The translations under genes and the position numbers were made by a program. 64,000 nucleotides of DNA from Marsupella aquatica. Its lineage: Eukaryota > Plantae > Marchantiophyta. Location of the stretch: positions 17,015,651 through 17,079,650 of the forward strand of contig OZ316891.1 in NCBI GenBank assembly GCA_973895155.1, given 5' to 3'. Within the stretch, counting starts at the first letter, position 1. Each line of letters begins with the position of its first letter. Below the pieces are notes generated by a model. That model was given only the letters and a program-made list of their open reading frames with translations. It had not been told where the DNA came from and did no database searches. Shown here in pieces: positions 25,261 to 38,700 of the stretch.

Positions 25261-26414
25261 CCATTCCAAGGAAGTGTATAGCCAAGTGTCCAACCAAAAT
25301 GTTCTACATCACTCCGACCTCTTATGACCATTACATTTACAAGCACATGACACGTGTTGCTATGCATGTTGGGAGTCACTCACATCTGGCCAAATTTGTT
25401 CTCAAGAAAGATCGAAAAGCGTTCTTACATAAGTTGATGGAGGAGAAATTGAAGAAGAATCCTCATGCAATGCCGTCTGTGATCAAGAGTGACACAATTA
25501 AAGCTCTAAGGGATATTTTCGATGACAAGGTTGCTGGGATTGTCACACTTGTGGAAGCACGGGATCTGAATGAAACATTGGCGATCCTATCAGATCGATC
25601 AGTTGTAAGATCTATGATACAAAGCATACGCAAGTATACCCATGCCTCATCCGACCTCCAAGTCATCCTTGATCTTCAAAAAGAAACAGTGTTTTCATTT
25701 ATCCAGAGCACTCTATTTCCAAACCAAAAGCTAGATATAGATGAGCGCCCACACATTTTCAAGATGACTATAAAAGGTCCAGGGTCTAGAATCGATCTCA
25801 TTCAAAGGATGCAGCATGGTGGAGATCTACAAGACTCATGGGTGATGTTTGATGTCATGCATCGGATGACTGAGAAGCAATGGTGCACAATATCATCTCA
25901 TGTATTTGACCACCTATATAGAGGTCTCTACACAATTTTTGTATGCGGGCCAGTTTCGGAAGATACTGCTGCACTACAAACTGCATGGAAGGTCATGAAG
26001 CGAGTGTGTAAGGCAAATGGGCTTGATAATGTTACGTTTTGTGGGTTCATTGCCGATAATGCTGCAACTGGGTGGAATGCAGTTCGAAACACATTCTGGG
26101 ATGGAAGAGTTAATTCTCAAAAGAAGCGATCTGATGCATTTAACTGGGTGCAATCAGTGGAGAAGATGACAAAGAAATGCATGCTTCCTGGCAAAGCAGT
26201 TGAGCATAAGGAGCTTTTAGATTCATTGAGGGACGCTGCCAATGTGGTTCTTGCATTTCAGACTTTTGAGAAGATGAAGGATTGGTGGAAAAATGAGAAT
26301 GCAATCAAAGGAAAAACCAAGTCATTGGAGACATGGCTTTCGTGGTGGATTGTGCGGTTCTCCCAGTGAGGAACCTTTATTCGGCTGGTAAGTCTATGAA
26401 TTCTTAGTAATATT

Positions 26415-27240
26415 CCATCTCGGATAGGCTCTCCGAGATGATTAATCTTGGACATGTCAGAGAGCCTATTCGAGAACAACAAATGGGTCTTCTCGGAGAC
26501 CCTCTCCGAGATGGAACATATGGGTAATCTCCAAGATGGAAGACGGGTCATCTCGGAGATCCTCTCCGAGATGGAAGAGGTGGGTCATCTTGGAGAGGCT
26601 CTCCGAGATGGAACATATGGGTCATCTTGGAGAGGCTCTCCAAGATGGAAGAGGTGGGTCATCTCGGAGATGGAACATATGGGTCATCTTGGAGAGTCTC
26701 TCCAAGATGGAAGAGGTGGATCATCTCAGAGAGCCTCTCCGAGATGGAACATATGGATCATCTCGGAGAGCCTCTCCAAGATGAAAGAGGTGGGTCATCT
26801 CGGAGAGCCTCTCCAAGATGGAAGAGGTGGATCATCTCGGAGAGCCTCTCCGAGAGGAACATATGGGTAATCTTGGAGAGCCTCTCCGAGATGAAAGTGG
26901 TGGGTCATCTCGGAGAGCCTCTCCAAGATGGAAGAGGTGGGTCATCTTGGAGAGCCTCTCCCAGATAGAAGAGGTGGGTCATCTCGGAGAGCCTCTCCGA
27001 GATGGAACATATGGATTATCTCAGAGAGCCTCTCCGAGATGGAAGAGGTGGGTCATCTCGGAGAGCCTCTCCAAGATGGAAGAGGTGGGTCATCTCGGAG
27101 AGCCTATCCTAGATGAAATAAATGGGCGACTAGGAAGACATGTTAGAGAGCAAACTTTTGTTTTATAAACACATGGTTCATCTTAGAGAGGCTCTTCAAG
27201 ATGGAACACTGGTCATCTTGGGGAGTCTCTTCAGGATGGA
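26415..27240. repeat. Array of palindrome ATCTCGGAGAG-S-CTCTCCGAGAT filling the transposase B intron
   Basis: ~37-38-bp units (palindrome plus GGAAGAGGTGGGTC or GGAACATATGGGTC) between donor GTAAGT at 26388 and acceptor TAG at 27320. Confidence 0.92.
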
Positions 27241-29034
27241 TCCCGTTGGACATGTTGCAAATGTACAAGATGACCCATGTATATTTTTTGGTAATACTCT
27301 TTTCTTTGATTTTTGTGTAGGACATGGACAAAACTAAGTCTGCATTGATGTTGAACCATAGCGGGGCAGAATCCGTGCATGCCGCGATGCGCCAATGGTC
27401 TTCCACAACAAAGATTGGGATAGTGCAATCTTGTATAACAGATGCAACCCGTGCATCAAATCAAATTGGTGCCCTTGTGAACTACACAATCCACGGTAGG
27501 AAGGGCCGTGGCCCAAGCCTCTTTGAACTTCATCTCCGAGATGCCAGGATGGTTGGGAATGTTAAGAGTTTCTTCTCAAAGTTAAATACGGTGATGACTC
27601 AACTGGAGAGGGTTGAATATGCTTCGGGGGACCCAATTCCTAGTGACTATGAAACTCAATGAATGTCGGCGCGAGGCAAGGTTCCAGCTGATGCTATTGC
27701 AGTAGAAGACTCCCACCGCGATGATGTCATTCTAGTAACGTGACCTAAGAAGCGGAAGTTCAAGGGGATTTCAAGCCAAGATGCAAACTTGAAAAGTACC
27801 ATTCCTGACGTGGTCGACTTGTCAACCTCGTCATACTCTCCTACAGGCTCTGGTGGATCAGATGTGGTAATTTTGGAGAGCCCAGTACAGCGTGAGACAA
27901 GGTCAGCACGTGTCCCTCCACCATCAATCCCAAGAAGGTCAACTCGAGTGCCTCCTCCGCCCCCAACAAGGGCAACACGTGTTCCACCTCCTCCAACCCC
28001 AATAAGGTCAATACCAAGGTCACCTCCTGTTTGTCCACCAACGCGGTTTGCTGAACCTTTGCATAATGCTGGCAAACAGAGACAAGTTTAGGAGAGCAAT
28101 GTGATGCCAGGAATGTTGTTTTTATCTCGCATCAGTCGCCATGGAAGTGGTCCCGCTTGTAGAGGTGCCTTCAAAGGCACAGAACGTCCAACATGCAGTC
28201 TATACATCAAGGAGGTGGGGTTTCGTCATGCAACGTTGGGTGTGGTAGGATTGTCCTTATTGGCTAGGAGCAGTTACAAGGATCCAAACATTCCACAAAA
28301 GTTTTGGTTTTGCCCAAACAATGAGTGTTGTCAGAAATCCTCCATGGCATATGTTACTGGGCGGTTGCCCCCACTACCGGAGAAGGTCCCAGTTGCTTGA
28401 GGAACCTATCTAACACAAGAGGAAGTTGATTTTCTCCATGTCAATGGATTGAATGTGGTACAGACCATCATTCCTGGTGATTCAATGGTGAGTCCTAGCG
28501 ATGTAATTGTGGACTTGAATAGTTACCCTGAGCAGATGGATCCATTGAAGCCTGATGTCAAGTTGAGCCGACGCAATGGTCGCTTACGGCGAAGGAGATC
28601 GGTTGTGACGGCAAATGCAAAGAAACGTATTGAGAGTGCCAAATCCGAGTTGATGAGGTTCACTTCCATGACTCGAATTGAAAAAGGGAATGCAACTGGC
28701 TTACGAGTGGTACTTTCCAACACTCATTGTGACCGCAATTCAACCCATTGTGTACAGATATGTGTGTTCCCAACTTGCTCTTGTCAAGATTTCATCATGA
28801 GAGATACTGAAAGATACTTCTTTCCTTGCAAACACTTGTATTGGTGCTATAAAAACATTTGTGGACAAGATCTAGAGAGCGACCAAGAGATCCACCAGCC
28901 AATCTCGACACTTAGCAAGGTTCGTAAATTGGTGTCAAATGTAGCAGGCTCAAAGTGAATGCATGTCAAAGATGTTTCGGGTTTAGTGGGTAGAACGATC
29001 TACTTTTGTATCCTTTCATAATAATAAATGTTCA

Positions 29035-29605
29035 AGATTCCAAGTGATGTTGATCCCATCTCGGAGAGGCTCTCCAAAATTGAACAAGTGATGTTGATCC
29101 CATCTCGGAGAGGCTCTCTGAGATTCCAAGTGATGTTGATCCCATCTCGGAGAAGTTCTTCGAGATTCCAAGTGATGTTGATCCCATCTCGGAGAGGCTC
29201 TCCGAGATTCCAACCCAGTGTTGATCCCATCTCGGAGAGGCTCTCCGAGATTCCAACCCAGTGTTGATCCCATCTCGGAGAGGCTCTCCGAGATTCCAAG
29301 TGATGTTGATCCCATCTCGGAGAAGCTCTCCGAGATTTAAACCCAGTATTTTTGGCAATCTCGGAGAGGCTCTCCGAGATTCCAACCCAATGTTGATCCC
29401 ATCTCGGAGAGGCTCTCCGAGATTCCAAGTGACGTCGATTCCATCTTGGAGAGGCTCTCCGAGATTCCAACAATTGTTGGAGACTTTGGTGACCAATCTC
29501 GGAGAGGCCTCCGAGATTGACACAAAATAGGACGTCAATCTCGGAGATGCCTTCGAGATTGATTAAAAAGAAGGGGTCAATCTCAGAGAGGTCTCCGAGA
29601 TTGTC
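29035..29605. repeat. Array of the same 23-bp palindrome downstream of transposase B
   Basis: ~42-bp units (palindrome plus TCCAAGTGATGTTGATCCC or TCCAACCCAGTGTTGATCCC). Confidence 0.92.
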
Positions 29606-29789
29606 CAAAAAAATGTCGGTGATTGATATCAGTCACTAATAACTGATGAGATTGCTCCTCTCGGCTGATAGTCTAGAACCAACCTTGTCAAGGCAGAATT
29701 GGTGAAGCTGTTCAGTGAAGAGTCCCACCCCTAAAGGCCCTCCCCCTTCTTACTGACTAGGCACCCAAGAACCTGCGCCATAGCCCAGG

Positions 29790-30210
29790 GCTAGGTTCCA
29801 TGGGGGCTGGGAGTGCACATGTGTGTCAGCATGATTGAGCCAATAAGATCATAACTTTTCCACGGAGTGAGGAGTGTACAAATATCGAAGTAGGGAGTAT
29901 GATTTTCCCTCACACTCCCTGTTATACTCTAGGGGCACCCCCTGCCCTTGTATAGTGATAGTACAATGCATCCTCATTGACTCAAAAGTCAAAACTCATA
30001 CATTTAAAATACTGTGTACACCTTGGCATAAGGTGTATTTGGGCCCCAGGGGTGTCAGAGGGAGTGATGGTAGTCCCGGCCCATGGAACCTAGTGCTCCA
30101 TAGGCCTTCTTTTAGCAACCGACTTCCGAGTATCACAAGCCCATCGCTTGCCCATGGAACCTAGTGCTCCATAGGCCTTCTTGTAGCAATTCCGAGTATC
30201 ACAAGGCCAT
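29790..30210. repeat. Possible MITE: inverted repeat CTAGGTTCCATGGG / CCCATGGAACCTAG, right end tandemly duplicated
   Basis: Arms at ~29791 and ~30080, with a second right arm at ~30151 inside a ~70-bp direct duplication. No TSD established. Confidence 0.35.
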
Positions 30211-31306
30211 CCCTTATCACTCGACGGTGTTAGGCATTAGTTGCTCCCATTAATTAGTCACTCATGTGTTAAACTTTCCTACTCCAGCGAGACAGTCAAG
30301 ACGACTCAGTCGAGTGCCCAGCAAGGTCAACCGAGAGCTCAACAAGGTTAGCCGAGTGGAAAGTTTACAGTTTAGCGGGCCGCCCAGAGAAAACAGCTGA
30401 CCACAAAATTGATGTTCAAGTTGGGAGGCTGTGGAGCTTCACCGATATGGTGATTGATATTGATGCAGTCAACAACCTCTAGCAGAACGAAGACAAAGAA
30501 AAGACACTAAAACGGTATTCGACTAATGGGGACTTCCTTCAGTAAGTTCAGAGCATTGCCAACCATCTAGCCCAGATGCGGGCTGGTGTTGCATCCAAAG
30601 ACCGACCAATTTCGGAAAACATTCTTGAAGAACGACTCGTAGAGAGCCGTCCCTGGCATGTCTAGGGAGGGGTCTAAATTCATTTCGCTCTCGCCGGTAT
30701 TTAGGTTGGTGTTCGGCATGAGTGTTCGTAGTCGAGGGTGAAAACGAATCCTGATACTATCAATGGCCCTTTCCGGTGTTGGTTTGTGCAGTCTAAATCT
30801 GGAGGAGTTTTCTCTCATCTCAGCAACCCCTACAGCTGTTGGGTAGTCAGTTGACCGTGGAGTGTGTTAGAGAAAGGGGTCTGCAACGAGGCCTAAGGCT
30901 GTGGACTGATATTTTCGCCGTTTGGGAAAGGTTGGTCTTGGATATGTTTCAAGGTGGAAAACTTAGTGGAGGAGTTTCGTCCTAACAGGTCAATTGGCGC
31001 AATCGTGGGAACGTAGTGGAGGATTTTCGTTACAGTAGCTAAATTGGCGCACCTGTGAGAACTTAGTCGAGGATTTTCGATATAATAGCTCATTTGGGGC
31101 ACCTTGTGAAAACGTAGTCGAGGATTTTCGTTAAAAGCTCTGGCACCTGTCATAGGTGTCTTGTTCACAGGCGACAAAATGTTGAATTAAAAGGACAAAG
31201 AGCTCCCCACTGCGCTTTGATGCTGCGTTTGCGAAATAGATGCACTGAGCAATACCGATCGACAACTCTGACTCGTTAGTTGCAGGAGAAATCAAAGGAA
31301 CTGGAC

Positions 31307-34300
31307 ATGTCTGACGCTATTGTGAATGGTTTGGCGGGGGCCGGCGGCGGCATTGTTGCGCAGCTCTTGACATATCCGCTTCAAGCAGTACGTTCCTGGT
31401 ACTTCTTACTTTTCACAGTCTGGATGAGATTTGTTGCATAATCTTAAGTTATGCATAAAAATATGAATACAACCTAATCAAGGGGAGGTCTCCATCACAC
31501 GTGATCCCTGGTGTATTTCTTTGGACGTAAGGCCTGCTGTCGTAGTTTGAAAGCTGATTTGTCATTGACAGCGGTACTTTTAAGACAGCGGTCTCTCACC
31601 TTGTCTCCCCTGTAAAAGTCCCTGTATTGTACGTCGAAAAATAATTGAAGAGCCCTGACACCAATCAACAGGTAAATACACGGCAACAGATAGAAAGAAA
31701 AGCGAAGAAAGGAGACACGGATTCGGCGGGTTTTGCGATTTTATCTCTGGAGGAATCTCTGGGGAAGAAACAACCACAGAACGAATTTTTGAAGGTACCA
31801 ATCACTCTCTTTACGTTGCCACTCCCTCAGTTGTGCGAGCAATGTTTTACTTACATATGTCCCTCTCTACTTCTGTATTACAGGTGATCAAGCAAGAGGG
31901 CTGGGGTCTATATAGGGGTCTTGGACCCTCTTTGGTCGGAACGATCTGCTCTCAGGTACAAAGCGAGTTCCGTCTGTATGTGTTGACAAACTTTTAACTG
32001 CAGTGTTATGGTGGTTGGAACAACCAAGGATTCTCAACGAAAATGCTCACAGGTGGTGGTTAGTATATTATCTGCCGCACCATTCTAGATCTAGTGCGGC
32101 AAGGAGAGGTTAACCAGCCCTGAAATTTTTGGTAGGGGGTCTACTACTATTTTTATCAGCTACTCAAAGACGAGGCCGAGACTCTTTACCGCAAAAAGAA
32201 GAAACATGGTTCGGGTGACGGCACAGTCGGAATGTTCGGCTCTCTACTTGTTGCGGCTCTCGCAGGGTAAGGTGATTTGCCCTGACAATATGGTAAATCC
32301 ATCGTCATGTTCATCTAGGGACTTTAAATGCTACCAATGGAAAAAATTGGCGAAAGTTTAATTCGCTCTTTAACTGCAGATGCGTTAATGTATTGTTGAC
32401 GAATCCTATCTGGGTCATAGTTACACGTATGCAGGTAAGCCTAACTTTCAAAGGGCATGTCTATTGCAATTATGGCTTTCTTCTCCGTGAATCTCGATTT
32501 GTCCTGAGTGCTATAGTAGAAAAATGGTCTCCTTGGCCTTGACTTAGTTCTGATAGTTACGTTACTCTTCCCGTTTCCTGTCTTTCCGGGACTCGAGTAT
32601 ATTAGCCTGCCATTTGCGCAGAACGGCATGAGACAGCTTCTCATCTTCTGACCATCACCTCGAAGGCTTGAGGTTAGGAGACTCGAAAGACTGACCTTCG
32701 AGGATAAAAGCCCATATTCTAAAATTTGGGATATCACCTAAATTCTGCGACTTTAGAAAGCTACATTTTATGACCAAGATAGATCAATTGTGAAGCCAAG
32801 TCAGATAGACTCGGCCCACAGATTTCTTGACAAGTTTGTTTATGAATAGGACGTTGCGTGTCCAAAGACAGTCATGCCTGCTATCCTGCACGAAAATTCG
32901 CAACCTCTCTGTTACTTTTACATATCAGAAGCAGCCTTTGTTTAGATATTCTTGTTGCGTTCTTCAGACCCAAGCTAAAGCTCAAATAAAGCCTTCCCCA
33001 GCACTGCGTTCTACACGAGGAAGAGATGCCAGCTCCGTCGTTGATCCATGTGATATGGGTTCAGTTGTCCGTGCTGATGGAGCAGTTGCCACGGTAAGCG
33101 TTTGTGAGTTAATATTTGTAGAAAATCTTTCACCTAATGACTGTCAGACGTTTCCCAGGCTCTTCTGAGTGCCTGGTAGACCAATAGTCAAGTTCATATT
33201 ACGGTTTAGCTCTTCATGCCTTGTGCATTGTGGCAGGTTCGTGAACTTTATGATGAAGCAGGTTTGGTGGGATTCTGGAAGGGAGTTCTTCCAACGCTCA
33301 TTATGGTTGGTGGATAGACCAAATAATCCTTATCAAACATTCACATGGTCTTTCCCTTCATCTTGCCACCAGCAAAGAGGTTGATTATAGCCGTGAGCGT
33401 TGCCAAAGTCTCCTGAAGGATAAGGGAATAGGAAGATAGCTTGACTTTTATCCTATCAAATATCATCTCGATTCAATTTGAAGTTCAAGGTTAAATTCAT
33501 GACTTGGAATTTAAAGGCAAGTCTTGAACAGAAGTCACTGAAATCTTACTGAACCAGGTGAGTAACCCAGCGATTCAGTTCATGCTTTACGAGAGTCTGG
33601 TCAAATGCCTGACTAAGAAGCGTCCTGTGAGAAAATACGGCCTGAAATACATGACAGCAACCGAGGTGAGTCTTTCTCAGATTTAATGTCCGTCCTCCAT
33701 TTCCTTGTAGGGTTCGATAGCTAAAGTTGTATTGCATTGACAGATTCTCTTCCAACATGATGGCCGTATAACCATGTGTTTGGCAGTCTCTCTACCTTTA
33801 CTGCTGAAGAACTCCTTCGTCTGCAGGTTTTCACTTTGGGTGCGATTGCTAAGCTTGGTGCTACTGTTGTAACATATCCACTCCTTGTGGTCAAGGTGAC
33901 TATGTTTTCTGATCACAGCTTTTTAAAGTAAACAACTTGAGTGCATTACAAATATCTCTCAGTAAGTTGTGTAGTTTTTTTCTGGGAATACTAGCAATAT
34001 GTCTACAGATTGTTCTTGTTTGAATTTGAAGTGACTTTGCCAAAGTCACCGGTCCGCCACGTACATCATAACAGGACTGTTCGTCATTCTTAGCTGGTTG
34101 ATGTGTGCAGTCGCGACTTCAAGCTAAGCAAGCGAGGGGTGAAGATATTTCACAGCAGTATGCAGGTAGGATGTGACTTGATGATGTCCAGATTTCCACG
34201 GAAATTGATCAGATTCAGATTTTTTTTATCGCCTTGGAATGTAACCTTCCAGATTTGCTCACGTACAAAGTCTTTCGTTTGGATTTTTTAGAATTTGTAA

Positions 34301-34554
34301 ACAGTTACGGACTTCCTAGGTTTACGATACAGGGAATTTCGATATTGAAAGAGTTGTTGTCGATGACAGGCACACTTGATGTCATCATCAAAATGGTGCG
34401 ATATGAAGGACTTCTGGGTTTCTACAAAGGGATGAGCACAAAAATTGTCCAAAGTGTCGTGGCAGCGGCGGTCCTTTTCATGATCAAAGAAGAGTTAGTG
34501 AAAGGAGCACGAGCTCTTGTTTCCAAGACTAAAAGTTCTCATGGGTATGAGTAG
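31307..34554 (+). CDS. PXN: Peroxisomal NAD+ carrier (mitochondrial carrier family), 357 aa. Exons: 31307-31387, 31672-31794, 31884-31955, 32136-32266, 32380-32434, 32968-33093, 33237-33305, 33558-33665, 33827-33895, 34111-34165, 34370-34554
   Basis: MSDAIVNGLAGAGGGIVAQLLTYPLQAVNTRQQ, GVYYYFYQ, LLTNPIWVIVTRMQ, VSNPAIQFMLYE, TYPLLVVKSRLQAKQ, GFYKGMSTKIVQSV. All introns are GT-AG and the spliced frame is open (1,074 nt). Confidence 0.93.
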
Positions 34555-34989
34555 CTAATCTGTAGTGCACACTAGATCATTATTTTGTAATGTCATTTTT
34601 TGGACAGCCAAGAGACGCGTTGTCACTAATTTGTTGAGTGAAACAAATTTAGCATCTACGGCCTTCAAGATGTCCACATCTGCCAGCAGTGGGTGCCTAT
34701 CAAGGTCAGACTAATTTGGTTATTGTCTCTCTCTCACAAAACAGTGCCTGCAATGTAGAATCAAATCATTGTCTCGTTTTTGAACTGAAGCTATATAAAT
34801 AGGCACAGAAGGGGGTCCTTAACACGCAGGATGTCTGAACAAGTATGTCACCTGTTCGCAAGTTATGCTTTCAGGATTTCTGTTACACGGTGTTCATTTG
34901 ATCTTTCGCCTTGATCTTGTAGGATTGACTGGGTTTCAAAGTCCAGATTGGCTAGTTGTTTTGAATTCTTGATCTCACACGAAATAATA

Positions 34990-35200
34990 ATTTTGGGGAA
35001 CTGCTTTAGAGATGCACTGTTTATGTTCCTTTGATGCCCTTAGGCACGAGGAAATTGCTTTTTGGTGAATTGCTTTAGAGATGCACTGTTTATATTCAAT
35101 TGATGTCCTTAGGCAGGAGGACATTGCTTTTTGGGGGAATTTCTTTAGAGATGCACTGTTTATGTTCAATTGATGTCCTTAAGCGGGAGGAAATTGCATC
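34990..35200. repeat. ~60-67-bp tandem repeat, ~3 copies
   Basis: CTTTAGAGATGCACTGTTTAT...TGATG(C/T)CCTTA recurs three times. Confidence 0.75.
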
Positions 35201-35589
35201 GATTCAGTTTAGTTTTCTTGATTAGTTTTCTTGATTTTATACGGGGGATGGACACTAATGTGCTTTTTGGACACATCCATGCCTCCAGGTGCACTATGTC
35301 CAATAGCACAACGAATTTGAAACCCCTAGCAGTGTGGTAGAAGTTTATTTGCGGCTACAACTCGTAATATGTTTGTAGATAACCAAATTATATATATCAA
35401 ATTGTTTGATGACATCGATTGTAAACAAAGCATTACCATGCTTTTACATATTGTGTCATTCATCAATCTCATGTTTGGAGATGCTTGAAGCCATATATCA
35501 AACTGGTTGATGACATTTGACTGTAAATAAAGCATTACCATGCTTATAGCCTGCTCTCACTTATAGTTTCATTCATCAATCTCCATGTC

Positions 35590-35720
35590 GGTTCATCCTT
35601 CTATAGCATCCCAAGTAATTGTACAGAACATCTCTTTCGTTTGGTTCATCCTTCTCTAGCATCCCAAGTAATTGTACAGAACATCTCTTTCGTTTGGTTC
35701 ATCCTTCTCTAGCATCCCGC
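35590..35720. repeat. ~53-bp tandem repeat, ~2.5 copies
   Basis: GGTTCATCCTTCT(A/C)TAGCATCCCAAGTAATTGTACAGAACATCTCTTTCGTTT repeated. Confidence 0.75.
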
Positions 35721-38700
35721 CCAATAGCACAAAACATCTCTTCCATCTGTTGCACTCACAACAAATAATCTGACCTTCATACTTCCTAACCTCAAATTTG
35801 GGACCTCCTAAATATACATTCTCCTTGCTGCCATCGACAACTCTGGTAGCAAGATGCTTCTTTTACCACTTGTAGCAAGATGCTTCTTTGACAACTCTGG
35901 TAGCAAGATGCTTCTTTTACCACTTGCCTAACCGAAGAAAACTCCTCTTCCAACTTAAAGAACCACTAGCATGACAAAAACATGGCTACACATATTTCAC
36001 CATTTTTAGTATTCTTTACGGACCCCCATTGGAAGTTCCTTCCAAAATCCCTAGCACCAGGTTGAGCCACATCAGCAGGAATGGTCACAAACAAGAAAAT
36101 CTAGATGTGAAAGAAGAACAAAACCTGATGGTTCCTGTTTGTTTCCTAAATTTGTGGAGCAAGTCTCCTAGCAGAGGAGAGAGAAAAAGAGAAAAAAGTT
36201 GGGCACTTCTCTGGTTATATGGCCACTTCTCTTATTATATGGCAAAGGAGAGAGAAAAAGAGAAAAAAGTTGGGCACTTCTCTTATTATATGGCAAGTGG
36301 TTGTTTAAGCCACCTTGGTGAGAGCACTTACTCTTCCTTCATTGACTACTCCTGTGACAATCTTGCTTCAAGGTCAATGTCCTCTTCACCGACAACAAAA
36401 TCCTCCTTCAAAACACTCATGGAAAAAAATGATGATTTCCTTAACTACTAAAAAAACTCAAAATTAATTATTACTGCTTAGCCCATGAGCCTAGTATTCT
36501 AATCAAAATTCAATGAAAAACTTATTAACTTTTTGGTATGGGTGGACAAAATCTTGAAAAAATGCACATTTTGTTACGATAAGGACACCATAGCCATGAA
36601 ATGTACTCCAATCTCCAACATCACTACTACTGTTAATATTTGATACACATGTGGGGTTATAGGGAGGTAGTTATGTAACTACTCCTTAACCCCTATTATC
36701 TAGGGTTAACGGGTTAGGTTTAACTCATAACACTCCCCCTTGGTTGAATTGATTATAGCTAAAATTCAACCACATTAGGGGAAAATTTAGCCCGTAGTGG
36801 TTCCCATCGATTTGGTTTGGTCTCATCAAAACCCTTCTTCTAACTATAAGGGAAAGAGTGCCACAACCATTACATAATGTGGGATCAATGAAGGGGGAAC
36901 TATTCTTGGAGGAAATAATTAAGATTAGTTAATGTCTAATTGATCTAGAACTGTTTATAAGTTTAACCTAAGTTAAGGCGAGGCACTTATGCAGAGTATA
37001 TGAGGGATTGCTTGGGTAACTATCGAGAGGGAGAATAAGGCTAAGTGATACTAAGGAAGGGCGCCTCTTGTTAGTAAGTTTTGCTTGTAGTCTCGTAAAG
37101 GTAATGGGGACTTTATCGGGGATTAAGTCTTTGATCGGCCAGTGACGGAGTCGATGTTTAGTCCGTGGAATTTCTGGGCTGTTGCTCCGAAGGGAGGGAA
37201 TCGCATTGTAAGCAAAATATAGGTTCTTTGTTCGCTGTCGATGGCATTTTGTTAGTAGTAATGTTCGGGTTATGGACGTTGGTCTGTTGGGGAGAAAGTT
37301 CTGAATATGAGCAGAATCATAAGTGAAGGAAGTGTAAGGTGAAGCGCGAACACTTGGGCGGTGCTGTTGGATGAGGTTGTGGTAGTCATCGTTCGTTGAG
37401 TTGCAGTCTGCCTAGGAAAGATGAGTAATTTCGGCTTTCATTCTAATTTTGTTCTGTTTCTAGGCGTAATAAATCTTTGAACTGTCTCATGCCGATGCCA
37501 AATGTATGCGCTCTGTGTAGAGCGGGGGGCAGGGGCTTTGTAAATAGGAGTGGTGGACCTCGCCACCCAGCGCCCTCACCAATCCCAGCACTCGTGCCTA
37601 AGTGCCCTTGGTGCCTGAACGCCTCCACGGAATACCTCGAGCAAGCACCCTAGTGCCTCTTGCACCACCAGCGGCCCCTCCCATACGAAGCCGCACTTGC
37701 TCACCTACACGACCGCTACTCAACGGTCCTCACTGTCTGCACAAGCAATCAAGCACCTCGGTAAGTACCCCTTCAGGATCTAGAACTCGCCAAGTCTAGC
37801 ATCCTAACTCAAGCTCAACAAACGTTGGTAAATTGGTCAGCGATAGGTCCTCCCAATACCATAAGCCGGAACCAGAACCCACGCCTACTGTTCGTCCAGA
37901 ACAACTCCTTCCTTGGGCGCGGCCCGGGTTCCCCCTCATACCTATCCATCACCAACTGACCGCCCTGACCTCAGGACATGCTCATAGCCCAAATAGCGTA
38001 GCTTGTCCTAAAGCTTGTCCCAACACGCCGGGACCAGAATGGCCCCAACTCTAGCAACCGCTCCCGGTTTTCCCCACTGGTGGTCTAGGGGCCGAGCACC
38101 CTTGGAACTCAGCCTCCACACCTACTTGGCCTTACCTCCCCAACGCAAGCTCCCTTGGGAGACTGAACGCGGCTTGGCTGCTGTTCGGCAGGATTTGACA
38201 AGCGGGCGAGCTAACACCTGCAAACCACAAGAACCTATGGCACCCCCAGACCCAGCTGAGCTCAGGGCGTAGCCCTCCTCAAGAGCTTTCCAACGCACCT
38301 AAGAAGTCCTCCAACGGACTTTCTGTTGGGAAGATATCGCCATTTCCGTTTGGCGGTTTCCTTTAGTGTCGCGACCGTCGCGGCTCACGACTTTGGCTCG
38401 CCCTTAGCCCCCAGGGAGACACCACTCCCCTCATATATGATTCTGGAGACCTGCCACCCCTGGACCAGCTTTGGTCCCTAAACATTTGGCCCCCAACCCG
38501 GATCCCATCGCGCAGAATGGGCGCGCCACCAACTGGCAACGCCCATAACTTTCTTGATAGGCAACCGCAAGCGGAGTGCCTTAGCCCGTTGTGACTGGGC
38601 CGACCCAATGCTCATGCATAGGCCCTCAGGTCTGATCGCCGCTCGGGACCCCCGACCGGCCCAATCCGGATCGGACCACAACTTGTGCCCCAAGCGTCCG

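Larger units (their letters stand above)
16516..25271 (+). mobile_element. Chimeric retroposed insertion: LTR 3' part + PBS + gag fused to a 5'-truncated LINE with poly(A), bounded by a 16-bp duplication
   Basis: AAGTGTATAGCCAAGT at 16500-16515 and 25272-25287; A8 tail at 25253-25260. Removing the insert rejoins the transposase B frame. Confidence 0.8.
15695..28958 (+). pseudogene. Mutator-like transposase, copy B: GCM-like Zn domain (16100-16515 plus 25288-25390), DDE core, SWIM; split by the 16516-25271 insertion; intron 26388-27320
   Basis: YDGDCIFELPP...CAFCDRPPKCIAK|CPTKMFY...MHVGSHSH; WVMFDVMHR, FIADNA, NHSGAESVHAAM; SWIM CSCQDF..PCKH. Several TGA/TAG stops. Confidence 0.85.
8570..29670 (+). 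mobile_element. DNA transposon subfamily B (Mutator-like transposase, palindromic arrays), interrupted by nested insertions; boundaries approximate
   Basis: Transposase 15695-28958 is flanked by arrays of the same 23-bp palindrome. A weak subterminal inverted match exists between CGAGAGGA (~8580) and TCCTCTCG (~29656). Confidence 0.5.

Noticed and set aside
26448-29608. Repetitive ORFs (SRRASPRW, LGEPLRDG), also at 9486-10250
   Set aside because: Artefacts of stop-poor tandem repeats, open in several frames; one set lies within a GT-AG intron.
30960-31135. Four ~50-bp spaced copies of TAGT(G/C)GAGGATTTTCG upstream of PXN as a regulatory array
   Set aside because: Looks like a degenerate minisatellite in probable 5' UTR intron DNA; there is no evidence of function.
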